This document shows positions 25,760 to 39,163 of a stretch of 64,000 bases of DNA, in pieces. The notes under the pieces are model-generated. The model was not told the origin of the DNA, searched no databases, and saw only the letters and a list, made by a program, of their open reading frames with translations. Origin of the DNA: Cetorhinus maximus. Its lineage: Eukaryota. The number at the start of each line of letters is the position of its first letter. The first letter of the stretch is position 1. The stretch covers positions 96,658,001 through 96,722,000 of the forward strand of contig NC_135888.1 of the NCBI RefSeq assembly GCF_964194155.1. Reading direction: 5' to 3'. The position numbers and the translations under genes were made by a program.

Positions 25760-25990
25760 GTCCAGCTCCCTAATAAAGCACCAGTGCAGCTCTGGCACCT
25801 TAATTTAAAATGAGTTTGTGTCGGCAGTCAGGGGCCGGGGCAAATCCAGACAGGCAATTTGTTAAATGTCTCGAGTACTATTCATATTCCTTGCAGGCTG
25901 GCGGCGAGTTAAGAATAACTGCAGTCCCCTAGATATATAGGCAGCGAGCCTACGAAAATGACGCCAAACCACGTGCCTTTTTTGGGAGTA
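25760..25990 (-). promoter_or_regulatory. HBEGF proximal promoter candidate
   Basis: Atypical TATA-like TTTATTA (~25771-25777, minus), TATATA tract ~25934-25939, CRE-like TGACGCCA 25959-25966, E-box CACGTG 25970-25975; CpG-enriched. Confidence 0.5.
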
Positions 25991-27009
25991 CAGTGTGCAG
26001 CTTTGTTGGGACTGGCAGTTCCGAGTGGGCCCACGAGCAAAATGATTCTGTCTTGTTTCTGTGCAGCAAACTCTTAACACTGTCGAAATTACTTCAGGCA
26101 AAAGCTACTTGGCACTATGAAACTGAAGCAAACTGAATAAATATAGATTTGTTGCAGCTTAAATACTATTTTTGCTAAATGATAAATACTAGCTGCACTT
26201 AGCTGGTTATTGTTCATTTAACTCTTGTATGAAAAAGCGCTATTGCTTTCCAGACTTAGTGCAGCCCACTGCTGCTGAGTGGGAGTAATCTATGCACTGA
26301 GATCAGGCGTATATAGTTGAAGTCAGGGATGTGTGTTGACCCTATGCAACGCAGAGTTTGACCAGGGGTTTCCTGTGTATTTCTGTGGTACCTGGGTGAC
26401 CTGCTATATTTTATCCAAGATTTTTTGTAAATTGTAGTTTTACTATTTATTTAGATACAAATATTTTCCAGTTTACTGTGAGCATTGGTATGGAAAATGC
26501 TGGGCACAACTTTTCTGAAGCCCCACTCCGCTGCTGTCTTGAAGGTTTCAATTAACCTTTGGGGCAGGTGATTTGCACTTTGCTACTGCCCTTTGCGTGA
26601 AAAAGTGTTTCCTGATTTCACTCATGAATGGCTTAACTACTTTTAAGATTGTGTCCCTTGTTGTGGATTCCACACAAGAGTAAATAATTTTCTGATTCAA
26701 GTCCATCAAACATCCTTAACATCTTAAGCACCTCAATTAGATCGGCCCATCGGCCTTCCAAACTCAAGGGAAGAAGACAAGTTCACGCAATGGGTAGTAG
26801 GAAGTTGGAGATGTAGGCAAACAATGGGAGTGAGGGGGAGGAATGTGACTCAATGTGGGTGTGGATGGAGCTACAATTTTCCACTGCCTTCACCTCAAAA
26901 ACAGCCTGCAACCTTTGATAACTCCTTTCATAACCAGACTGATAGTCATATTACCTACTACCTTGCACTCGAAAGGAAAGAAGAAATGAAAAAGTCAAAG
27001 GACTACAAA

Positions 27010-27545
27010 GGATTATACAGGATACACAGCACAAAAAGAGACCATTCGGTTCAGCTAGTTCTTGCCAATTTTTATGCTGCACCTGAGCCTCCTCCCATCT
27101 TTTCTCATCTAAATCTACCATCATAACCAACTATTCCTTTCTCTCTCAAATGCTTGTCTAGCATTTAATCAAATTAATCGATACTGTTTCCTTCAACCAC
27201 TCCCCGAGTTCCACATTCTCACCACTCTTTGGGTAAAGAATTTTCTTCCGAATTCCCTATCAGATTTCTTTGGTGACTATCTTATATTGATGGCCTCTAG
27301 TTATGCTCTTCCACACAAGAGGAAACATTTTCTCTGTGAACACTACCAAAACCTTTTATAATTTTACAAATCTCTATTAAGTCACCTCTCAGTCTTTTTT
27401 TTTCAAGAGAAAAGAGACCCAGCCTGTCAATCCTTCCCTGATATGTATTTCCATGCATTTCTGATATTGTCCTTGTAAATCTTCTCTGCATCCTCTCTAG
27501 TGCCTCCACATCCTTTTTACAATATGGCGACCAGAATTACATGCA
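27010..27545 (-). mobile_element. CR1 LINE 3' end
   Basis: ORF 27297..27509 ALERMQRRFTRTI...RLGLFSLEKKRLRGDLIEICKIIKG is the canonical CR1 C-terminus. Confidence 0.88.
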
Positions 27546-28029
27546 AGCTAAGCAGAGAGAGAAATAGAAAAGGACAGAGTATAGGGTTCCCAATCCTCAT
27601 GGAATGACTGAGAGTTTCTTCAATCTGGGTTCCTCCCAGCCTCCAGCATCCTGGAAGATAAGCAATTTAAATTTCCTGCTGAGTGCAACCCACTCCATGG
27701 TGTCTCTAGCTTCTTGTTACAATAGCCTCTGTCTTCCATTATGTCCCTAGCCACCGTAGAGAGCTACAGTTGTATGGAGTGCCATCAGGAAGGGGCTGGA
27801 GAGTTAGGATTCAGGATGTTAGGAATCACAGGTACGCTCTGAAATCAGAGGAGGTCTCTGGAATCAAGGGGACCTGATATTGGGGGCATCTGTGAAATTA
27901 GGGCATCCTTGAAATTGAGAGGGTGGAAAGTGGGGGAAGAGAAGGAGACTGGGAAATTGGGGCTTGAAGGGAGAGGGAGGGACAAAGAGTATTGGCAACA
28001 AAAAGACACCAGAAATAGATAAGAGAGTT

Positions 28030-28360
28030 TACAACTCACCAGGGCTCCATTGACAGCTCCTTACAAAACCACAACCTCCACCACCTAGAAGAACATGTGC
28101 AGCAGGTGCGTGGGATCTAGCAGAGGCTGCTAGATCCCCTCCAAGTCAAGGGCCATCCTCACTTGGAACTATATCACTGTTCTTTCACTGTTGCTGGGTC
28201 AAAATCCTGGAATTCTCTCCCTCCCAGCATGTGGGTGTACTTACATCAAATGGACTGTGACAGTACAAGAAGATGGCTCACCACCATCTTCTTAAGGGTA
28301 ATTGGGATGGACAATAAATGTTGGCTTTGACAGTGAAGCTCACATTTTTAGAACAAAAAA
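28030..28360 (+). mobile_element. 3' tail of the CR1-clade LINE (or tail-sharing SINE)
   Basis: Matches 33260-33590 (ctcaccaccatcttc...gggatggacaataaatg). Other copies at ~5900-6130, 9930-10140, 13120-13590 and 47860-48170. Confidence 0.75.
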
Positions 28361-28830
28361 AATTTCTCTAACTTACCTTGTACAGTCCCACAAGAATTGA
28401 ATAACATATAAATTAACACATCTACCATGTATTTATCTGTGATATTCCAGATGTCAGACATTGTTACAGATGCAAAACAAACACTTAAAACTGGATCCTG
28501 CTGACTTGCAGCCTATAATTTCCAAACATTTTCTAGCTTCTTCACCAGAGAATTAAGCTTGTGATTGACCTAGCACTTTATTTACCATTTAGACATTTTT
28601 ACATTAAAGGGACACATTTGTATCATAGTAACAGATTAAAACATTGTAGATCACATGGTATAATGCAGCTTTCTTTACAAAACAACAGGAGATTTGTTAA
28701 AATGTGTAGAAATGGTCAGCTGTGTTAACTTTCAGCAACAACTTATACCCAATATTGATATTAAATTTGCTAACATAGTCACCATGCATTAAAATTGTCA
28801 GCATTGGTTACCAAACAAAATTGAATCAAT

Positions 28831-29058
28831 AAGATAAAAGCAAAATACTGCGGTTGCTGGAAATCTGAAACAAAAACAGAAAACGCTAGAAAAACTTAGC
28901 AGGTCTAACAGCATCTGTGGAGAGAGAAAAAACAGAGTTAACATTTCGAGTCCTTATGACTCTTCCTCAGAGCTCTGACGAACAGCCATAAGAACTCGAA
29001 ACGTTAACTCTTTTTTTCTCTCACCATAGATGCTGTTACACCTGCTGAGCTTTTCCAG
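28831..29058. mobile_element. Penelope-terminus hairpin element with hammerhead cores on both strands and a 15-bp TSD
   Basis: Inverted arms centred on cagagctctg (28968-28977); flanking direct repeat CAAAATTGAATCAAT at 28816-28830 and 29059-29073. Confidence 0.88.
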
Positions 29059-29194
29059 CAAAATTGAATCAATGTCTGGTCGGTTTCATGAGAAAGAAAC
29101 AAACTGACTGTTCTCCCATATTTGACAAGACTGGAAATAATTGAACTTTAATAAAATTCGAAGGGTTGTTCCTTTTAATTTCGTGCCTTAGTTA

Positions 29195-29545
29195 TGCCTC
29201 AGCACAAAATCTAGGTTGCCATTTCAGTACAGTACTAAGGGAGTGCTGCATTCTCAGATGTTCTTTTGGATGAGATGTTAAACCTGCCTTCTCAATTAGA
29301 TGTAAAAGAAGAACGGCAGGGGAGTTCTACCAGTGTCTTGGTCACTATTTATCTCTCAAGCAACATCACTAAAAGAGATTATCTGGTCATTATCACATTG
29401 CTGTTTTTAGGAGATTGATGTGTGCAAATTGACAGCTGGATATTCTACATTAAAACAGTGACTACACTCAAAAGTAATTAATTGGCTGTAAAGCACTGGG
29501 TAGCTCCTGAGTTTATGATATCATTATATAATGGAAGTCCTTTTT
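29195..29545 (+). mobile_element. SacSINE1/DeuSINE-like SINE
   Basis: cagtacagtactaagggagtgctgc...ggatgagatgttaaacc...ggagttctaccagtgtcttggtc...cagtgactacactcaaaagtaattaattggctgtaaagcact resembles the Deu-domain SINE with an L2-like tail. Confidence 0.72.
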
Positions 29546-31552
29546 TCATCAGAAAAGTCATGGTTTCTGCCCTCAAGTTCACATTCAGTGTAACTGGATC
29601 TTCTAAGTTCTGGACAGTTATACTAATGACAATTCACTTATAAAAAGGTTTTAGAGCGCTCCAATATTATATATTATTACTTTCCCATAAGTCACATGAC
29701 AATGAATATGGGATTGACAGCGAATCCATAAGCTGAATGATCAATAGCAAACATTTAAATTCTAAAACTTATCATAAAACGAAGAAAACTGTCAATGTGT
29801 GTAATCATTTTTGCTATACTTATTTTGGATTTACAGAAACTACAAATAGCATGGTGTCTCACTGGCATTATCCACTAAGAATATGATGTCATTCAACATA
29901 ATTCAATTGACAAGAGACCAGTAAAATGTCTTGATACAGAATCTGAAATATATCTAAGATTTGAAGTTTTTAATGTTTGACTTTAATATGGGACCATTAG
30001 ATTATGGTTGTGAAAAGCACACTATTACCAGTTAGTTTGGTACTTCAGGCAGTTAATGACATGACTTCCAACAAATAAATACTGGGTCTGAATTGCAGAG
30101 CTGCCTGGCACACATGTTTGGCTTAATGAAGTGAGGTTAATTTATTTTTTTACAACCTCTACTTTGGCATGCCCCATATATGGAGGGCAGCTGTGAAAGT
30201 ACTTTTCAGTACTAATTATTCAGCTTGAGCAGTATATCCAACCAGGAGTTCAGATAAAACTAGTGCTATTGGTTGGTGTATGAATCATCTTGGTTCTTCG
30301 GTTTCCTAATGACTTGGAAGTGGTGTGACTGATGCCTGGTGAATGAGGACTTTATTGACTGTACTGCTGGCAAAGGAACAAGCGGGATTATGTTGGTATT
30401 CACAACAGCTGTGTCCAGACCAATCAGACTCTATTGACCAGGGAAGGATGATAAAATCTTGGTAGCAAGCTGGAAGGGGAGATAATGTGCCTAAAGTGAT
30501 AATTGTTAGCAGAAGTGCAAAATCATTGGAATCTCAATTTGAAGAATTAAGATTGAATCCAGTTACTTTCAGTCCTCTTGCGGGAGTGGGTCTCAGTTGG
30601 CTTCAAATTTATAAGAAATGGAAGTGACATTTCTCATCGTACAAAAGCACATGGGCATTTCAATAAGAAGTGCAATTGATATCTAATGTTTCTAACCTCC
30701 CAATAAGGATATTGGAGAAGATCAAATATAATAGGTGCAATTACAATAAATGGTACGCTAGGATTTGAAGTTCTTCAGTATTTAATCTGTGAAAATAAAC
30801 ATGCTTAAGCCATCAAATATGCATTTGTATATGCATAGTCGCTTGGTAGTATATTGAATATTGCTGAAAAGAGAGATATGTTGCTGAAGCTTTTTCATCT
30901 TGCACTCATCAGGACAAACACAAGATACTAAATGCTAAATATAGATTGTGGAGGGTGCAAATTGAGAATCTGTCCTGGAGACAACTGGAGTAGTTAAGTT
31001 TTAAGGTGATAAAGGCATAGATGTGGATTTCAGCATAGGTATGGGTGATGTTACAGAGGCCGACTAGGTAGCTTATGTGATGAATAAGATGCAAGATCAG
31101 AAGCTCAGCTTGGGGTCAAACAGGTCGCCAAGGTCATGAACCATCTCGTACAGCCTGAGACAGTGGGTGGGGACTGAGTAAAGTCAGTAGTAAGGTACAG
31201 CATAATGAAGGACCAAAGACAATTGCTTCCTTATTGTCAACATTTAGTTGGATTTAACAGTTCATCCAAGACTGGATGTCAAATAAACAGTCTAACAGCA
31301 GAGAGGCAGTGGAGGTGGTGAAAGAAATGGTGGAGGTAAGGTTGAATTTCATCAATGCACGTGAGGAAGCTGATCCTACTTACACAGAGAATGTTGTAAA
31401 GTGAATTAATATTGAGAAATAAACAATTATTCATTGTATGGCAACATGTATAAATTACTTAAAGAACTAAAATATTGGCTTTAGACTCAGTTTAGCAAGA
31501 AAATTCTATTTGATGGTTGATAAGATTGGAGTATTGATGGATATGGTGGGAT

Positions 31553-33592
31553 ATGGCCTGGCATATCACCCACTCTACCATTATCATTAAGCCAGGGGAT
31601 CAACCCTGGTTCAGTGAATAGTGCAGGAGGGCATGCCAGGAGCAGCACCAGGCTTACCTAAAAATGAGGTGCTAACCTGGTCAAGCTACAACACAGGACT
31701 ACTTGCATGCCAAACAGCATAAGCAGTAAGTGATAGACAGAGCTAAGCGATTCCAAAACCAATGAGTCAGATCTAAGCTCTGCAGTCCTACCACATCAAG
31801 TCGTGAATGGTGGTGGACAATTAAACAACTCACTGGAGGAGGAAGCTCCAAAAATATCCCCATCCTCAATGATGAAGGAGCCCAGCACATCAGTGCAAAA
31901 GATTATGCTGAAGTATTTGCAACAATCTTCAGCCAGAAGTGCCGAGTGGCCTCTGCAGGAGGTCCCCAGCATCACAGATACTAGTCTTCAGCCTATTCAA
32001 ATCACTCCACGTGAAATCAAGAAATGGCTGATTGCACTGGATACTGCAAAGGATATGGGCCCTGACAATATTCCGGCAATAGTACTGAAGACTTGTGCTC
32101 CGGAACTTGCTGCGCCCCTAGCCAAGCTGTTCCAGTACAGCTACAACGCTGGCATCTACCTGCCTATGTGGAAAATTGCCCAGGTATGTCCTGTACACAA
32201 AAAGCTGGACAAGCCCAACCAGTCCAATTCACGCCCCATCAGTCTACTCTTGATCATCAGTAAAGTGATGGAAGGGGTAATCGATAATGGTATGAAGCGG
32301 GACTCGCTTAGCAATAACCTGCTCACTGACGCAAAGTTTTGGTTCCACCAAGGCCACTCAGCTCCTAACCTCACTACAGCGTTGGTTCAAGCATGGACAG
32401 AAGAGCTGAACTCCAGAGCTGAGGTGAAAGTGGCTGCCCTTGACATCAAGGCCGCATTTGACCGAGTGTGGCATCAAGGAGCTCTAGCAAAACTGGAGTC
32501 AATGGGAATCGGGGGAAAAGTCTCCACTGGTTGGAGTCATACCTAGCACAAAGGAAGATGGTTGTGGTTGTTGGAGGTCTGTCGTCTCAGCTCCAGGATA
32601 TCACTGCAGGAGTTCCTCAGGGTAGTGTCTTGGGCCCAACCATCTTCAGCTGCTTCATTAATGACCTTCCTTCCATCATAAGGTCAGAAATGGGGATGTT
32701 CGCTGAGGATTGCACAATGTTCAGCACCATTCACGGCTCCTCAGATAATGAAGCAGTCCATGTCCAAATGCAGCAAGACCTGGGCAATATCTAGGCTTGG
32801 GCTGACAAGTGGCAAGTAACATTCGCACCACACAAGTGTCAGGCAATGACCATCTCCAACAAGAGGGAACCCAATCATTGCCCTCTAATTTTCAAAGGCA
32901 TTACCATCACTGAATCCCCCACTATCAAAATCCTGGGGGTTACCATTGATCAGAAACTGAACTGGATTAGCCATATAAATGCTGTGGCTACAAGAGCAGG
33001 TCAGAGGCTAGGAATCTTGTGAAGAGTAACTCACCTCCTGACTCCACAAAGCCTGTTCACCATCTACAAGGCACAAGTCAGGAGTGTGATGGAATACTCC
33101 CCACTTGCCTGGATGAGTGCAGCTCCCACAACACTCAAGAAGCTTGACACCATCCAGGACAAAGCAGCCCACTTGACTGGCACCACATCCACAAACATTC
33201 ACTCCCTCCACCACCGACGCACAGTAGCAGCAGTGTGTACCATCTACAAAATGCACTGCAGAAACTCACCAAGGCTTCTTTGACAGCACCTTCCAAACCC
33301 ACGACTGCTACCATTTAGAAGGACAAGGGCAGCAGATAGATGGGAATACCACCAACTGGAAGTTCCCCTCCAAGTCACTCACCATCCTGACTTGGAAATA
33401 TATCGCCATTCCTGCACTGTCGCTGGGTCAAAATCCTGGAACTCCCTCCCTAACAGCACTGTGGGTGTACCTACACCACATGGACTGCAGAGGTTCAAGA
33501 AGGCAGCTCACCACCACCTTCTCGAGGGCAACTAGGGATGGGCTATAAATACTGGCCCAACCAGCGAAGCCCATTTCCCATGAATGAATATA
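31553..33592 (+). mobile_element. CR1-clade LINE, 5'-truncated, RT domain and 3' UTR (frameshifted)
   Basis: ORFs 31803..32546 (GPDNIP...WKIAQVCPVHKK...RPISLL...ALDIKAAFDRVWH), 32468..32794 (GVPQGSVLGPTIF...MFAEDCT) and 33086..33283; ends ccatgaatgaatataaa. Confidence 0.93.
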
Positions 33593-35141
33593 AATGTCAC
33601 CTTGTGTTTATAATTCCTCATTATTGGTATCTTGATCTCAGCCTATTGCACAGTGGCAGCATTGACGGAAGTTTAGAAAGGAGGAGGAGGACAATTGTTT
33701 GGGAGAATCAATGCTGGGCCTGCACAACCTCTAACAATTTGATCAAAGTGACAAAGACTACTTTCCTATCTTCTCCGTGATTAATGGTATGTACATGAGG
33801 AAACCAGGAGTAGAATAATTTATACAATGCTGCTTTATATACAAACATACAACAGTTGCACATCTGTGTTTACATGATTTAAAAGAAAGTGAAAGTAGGA
33901 CCAATTAGCCAAATCATATTGTGTGTTTCAGATTTACAAACTATTTTCTCTCCTTTTAGATGGTATGTATGCAGTGAGCTCTGAAGGTAGAACCTCTGCA
34001 TGGCAAGCAACCACATCTACCCACAAGGGTGGTTTTTACCAGCAGTTGGACTTGATGACTTACCCAGCTTTCACTTGTGGTCCCAAATGATACACCTTGC
34101 CACACCCGCCACAACCTTTCCTCAGTTGCCATGCTAACAAGGAATAACGGTTAAACACTGGCGAATTCCAGACCTATGAAACTAAATGAATTATGAAAGA
34201 TGAGACAACTTATGTCAAAAAGGTCATCATTCAGGTAAACTTGCACTAAGATTTTTGTGAAAATTTAAAAAATATTGTAGTGCTAATTCTATTTATTTAT
34301 CTGGGTGAAAAACATTACTGTATCCCACTAATCTCTGGTTTAAAATAAAATATTCTTCTTTCTGTGATTTCCTATATAACACATATTTAGAATATGACAT
34401 ACGCAATTAGCTTTTTTGTTACAAACTCTTGAGTGTATCATGCGTTATTCCATATGACCAGAGTTACATGAATTGTAGATGATTTAGCCAGGACTCTGGC
34501 TTTTTTCTGACATATGCGAAGCAAATGGAAAAGTATGGCTCTATTCCTCAATTTAATAATAAGTTCGAAATACATATATTATTGAAGTCAGTTGGCTGAC
34601 TCCTACTTTCCACAAGTTCTTCATGTTTGTATTTATAACAGCATCCTTATTTCAAACATATTCAAGGACCTTGAATAACCGTGGCTGGAGAAGACACAAT
34701 AATTTTTACTACAATCATTTTCTGTTGTTACACGCAACATACAATGCATTTACATAATAAATAATACAGAGAAAAACTATCAACTAATATATTTGAGCCA
34801 AGAGAAGACTTTTTCTCTCTCTTTTCCCTACTAATTTTCTCCAGTCCCCTTCATATCCTCTAAAGGCACTGACTTCTTGCTGAGCTATCTTTCAGCAGCT
34901 GGGCTCTGGTATCTCATCCAAGTAACCTCAGCAAATTTGTCAATGTATGACCATGCCTTGTATGCATTTAACAGATGATTTTTCTTCTAGATTCCATCCA
35001 AGAACTCTGGTAGAAGTCCAAATCTTCATCACTGTACTACTGACATGCATCCATCTCACAAAATACTTCACTTCTGATTTTACTTCTTGTAGGAAGCAAC
35101 AGCGCCTGTTTCCTCTTTGGTAGGGATATAACTTGTGTCCA

Positions 35142-35312
35142 TGTTATGACACGGAAGATGATGTGTGCCAGGCGGATTGAATCCATAAGGGAAACTTGAT
35201 CCCACCATCACAATGGTTTTGCAATTTGTATTTATTTCAAGGTGCATGCCCTGAATTCAAAAGTAATAAGTACACCAAGACTTCAGAGATTGTTTAGAAA
35301 ATTAAATTAAAC

Positions 35313-35347
<35 letters not shown>

Positions 35348-38300
35348 CTTGACAATGCATCTGCAGTTAGATTTTCTTGTCCAGCCACATGTATAATCCG
35401 TAGATTAAATGGTTGCAGTAATAAACTCGATCTGAACAGCCTTGCATATCGGTCTTGAAATTTGTCCAGAAACTTTAAAGGATTGAGGTCTGTATGAACA
35501 ATTGTTTCTGATGAATTGTTTGCAACGCTAACACCAGACCCAGAGTCTCCTTTTCGATTGTTGAATACCTTCTCTGTTGTACATTCAACTTCCGTGAAAA
35601 ATACCCGATCGGTTTCTCAATACTAGTTTCATCTCCTTGCAACAGTACAGCCCCAATGCCCATATTGCTTGTATCAATGGCCTACTTAAATTGCTTGGAA
35701 TAATTGGGTGCTGCTAAAACTGGTGTCATAGGCAAGACAGTTTTTAAACTGTCAACTGCCTTCTGACACTCCTTTGTCCACTGAAACTTCTTGTTCTTTT
35801 TTAATAGTTCAGTCAATGGAGCAACCACACTGCTAAAATTTGGTACACATTTCCAGTAAAATCCACTCATGCCCAGAAATCTCAAAACTTCTCATTTTGT
35901 TGTAGGCACAGAGAAATCCACAATAGCTTTGACTTTCACATCTCTCAGAGCCACCTTACCATGTCCAATGGCATGGCCTAGATATGTAACTTGCGCTTTT
36001 GCAAATTCACTTTTAGCTTCTTGCAGTCAATTAAATAATTCTTCCAGATGTTGTAAATGCTCCTCCCATGTTTGACTGAAAACTATCAAATCATCAATGT
36101 AAACAGCACAATTGCTCAGCCCTGCAGTCACTTTCTTTGTCAGTCTTTGAAATGTTGCAGGTGCATTTTTCATACCAAATGGCATGACTTTAAACTGAGA
36201 TAATCCAACTGGCATCACAAAAGCCGATATCTCCTTTGCTCTCTCCACTAACGGTACTTGCCAATATCCTCTCAGCAAGTCAATCTTTGTGATAAACTTT
36301 GATTGTCCCACTTTCTCAATTCAATCTTCCAACTGTGGTATAGGATATGAATCCGCTTTTGTCACTGCATTCACCTTTCAATATTCCACATACAGTCTTT
36401 GTGTTCCATTCAGTTTTGGTACCATCACAATAGGCAAATTCCAGTTACTGCAACTAGACTCAATTATGCCATTTTGAAACATGAATTCAATTTCTTTCTG
36501 TATTTGTGATAACTTTAATCTACAAGAATGTTGCCTTATCAGAGATGAAACTTCTACACTCATGTCATGTGTAGCTAAATTTGTCCTCCCCAGATTTTTC
36601 CCACAAATAGCTTTGTGTGACTGCAATAGCTTCCACAAATCACTTTAACACTTGTCTGGAAGGTAACTCAATATTACATTTAAATTTTCAAGTACCCCCT
36701 CATTATCCAGTTTTATCAGAGGAAAATCAATTTCAGAATCCTTCATTTCTACCTATTTCTCCTTATCTATCACCACTAATACCTCCTTTGAGACCTCTTC
36801 CCTGTCAAAGTACTTTTTAAGCATATTTATATGACACATCCTCTGCTTCTTTCTTCCACCTGGAGTATTTATTAAATAATTTACTTCACTCAGTTTCTTT
36901 TCAATCCTCTGTGGCCCACTAAACATTCCCTTTAACAAGTCATCCAGTACCGGTAACAAAACTAACACTTTATCCCCAACAACAAAACTATGAGCTGTGG
37001 ATCTCCTATCTGCCCTCATTTTCATCACTTGCTGCAATATCTTTAAATGTTCCCTAGCTAGCTCACATGCTGTGTCCAATCTTTCTCTGAAGTTAGATAC
37101 ATAATCCAGGAGAGTAGTTTCTGAATTTTGACCCACCGATTTCTCATGAATCAATTTCAGTGGGACGCTTACCTCATGACCATAGACTAATTCAAAAGGA
37201 CTAAATCCAGTTGATGCATTAGGACCATCCCTAACAGCAAATAACAAGAATGGAATTCCCCTGTCCTGATCCTTTGGATAGTCCTGGCTATAAGCCCTCA
37301 TCATAGTTTTTAAAGTTTGATGCCATCTTTCCAATGCCCCTTGTGATTCAGGATGGTAAGTTGTTGACTTAAACTGTTTTATCCCCAAAATGTTCATTAC
37401 TTCCTTGAACAGCTGTGACATGAAATTTGAAGCCTGATTGGATTATATTTCTTTTGGTAAACCATATCTTATAAAAAATTTAGTCAATTCTTCCAAAACT
37501 CTCTTTGTTGTAACATTTCTGAAAGGTATCGCTTCAGGAAACCTCGTTATCACATCCATTATTGTCAGTAAGTACTGATTTCCACTTTTAGTCTCAGGGA
37601 GGGGTCCTGCACAATCAATCATGACCCTAGTGAAAGGTTCTTCAAATGCTTGAATTGGAATTAAAGGTGCCAGCTTAATTACTGCTTGTGGTTTCCCTAT
37701 CACGTGACAAGTGTGACATGTTCTACAGAATTTGATTACATCTCTATGCAATCCAGGGCAATAAAAATGCTTTTGTATTTTCACCTGTGTCTTTCTAATT
37801 CCTAAATGACCGCCCCCCCACCCCCCCATGGAATTTCATGAGCTATTCTCAGTACCTCATTCCTATATCTAAATGGTAAAAGAATCTGATGTACTTTCAT
37901 CCAGTTTTCAACTGCTGAAACCTGATACAGCCGCCTCTTTCTCATCAACACATTATTCTTAAGGTAATAACATTCTGGAATACATTCTGCCTCTGTTTCT
38001 GAGAAAGCTGTCTGATATAACTGTTTTATTTGTGGATCCTTTTCCTGTAAATCTACCAACTGCCTTAAGCTAAATACCTCAGCTGCATTCTCTTCCATTT
38101 TTTTCTTCCTGAACAATCTTATCAAAGATAGTGTCAGCTAATTGAACTCCAACATCTTTTCCCTGTTTTTTAACTTCTTCTTCTTCCTGTTTCAACCTGT
38201 GAGCTTGTGATCCTGTTACCACACAATCTGGAAACAATCCAGGATGCTCTTTCTGCAACACTTCTGTTGAAAACACCTCTTCAGGCTGCTCAACTACCAT

Positions 38301-38800
38301 AAGCATCACCCTCATCTGTGACCTAGCTATATAATTACCTAAAGTGAATTGAACCCCTGCAATGAGCTATTTTGCCACAACTCCAACAATCACCTCACCT
38401 GTTTTCCATTTAATGTTTAAATTTACCTTCCGCAATGGAATAGGTTTAGCATTTCCATGAACCCCACTTATTATCTCCTGTTCCTGCAATACTCCCTCTG
38501 AACAATAAATATCACTATCCCACAACATTATGGATTGACTAGCCCCTGTGTCTTTTAAAATTTTTACCTACTTTACCTACTCCACCCTATTTACATGGAA
38601 AGACTTCCCCTTCACATACAAAATTTTTAAACATTTCTGCAACCTGCTCCTCAGAATTCCCTTGGATAAATTGTGAACACATTCCCATTTCTTTACCTAT
38701 CACTGATTTTTCCTGTTTTACCTGTACATAAACCATTGGTTTTCCCTGTGCCTGAACCTCAGAACCCACAGTAATTTTCAGTCTAAAATTGTTTTTCTAC
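35142..38800 (-). mobile_element. Degenerate Ty3/Gypsy LTR retrotransposon, Gmr1-type order PR-INT-RT-RNaseH
   Basis: In minus-strand order: protease ILKDTGASQS (~38535-38565); integrase GHLGIRKT...CRTCHTC...YHPESQGALERWH (37829-36753); RT IDLLRGYWQV...MPFGMKNAPATFQ...YIDD (36311-36027); RNase H IEKETL...ADALSR (35663-35345). A probable LTR remnant ends ...gtcataaca at 35142. Confidence 0.93.
35317..35342. repeat. (AT)n microsatellite
   Basis: tatatatatatatatatatatatata lies between the RNase H end and the LTR remnant. Confidence 0.9.
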
Positions 38801-39163
38801 ATTTCCAACATTCACCTACAGGTGACTGTACTCTGCTAACATGTTATATCCCAGACAGCTAATTGGTGAAGGTTAGAACTGAAGCCAATCTTAATACACT
38901 TTTATAAGCACTTATTTACAGTGTTACAAATGACAGGATGCATGTTCAAATTTTATAATTATAGCATCAGTCTGTTTATTTATAGGGGCACAAGTGAATC
39001 CCCAGGTAATGCTCACCATCTGCATACAATTAAGCACAATTAATAAACAATTAATGGTGTATCGCTCTGATATTCAACCCAACTTCCCCTAGTACCTTCC
39101 CTGAACTCTGGAGGCAACGTGATATCACCAAGCTTGAGATTTTTGGAATCAGCAGTAAATTGC

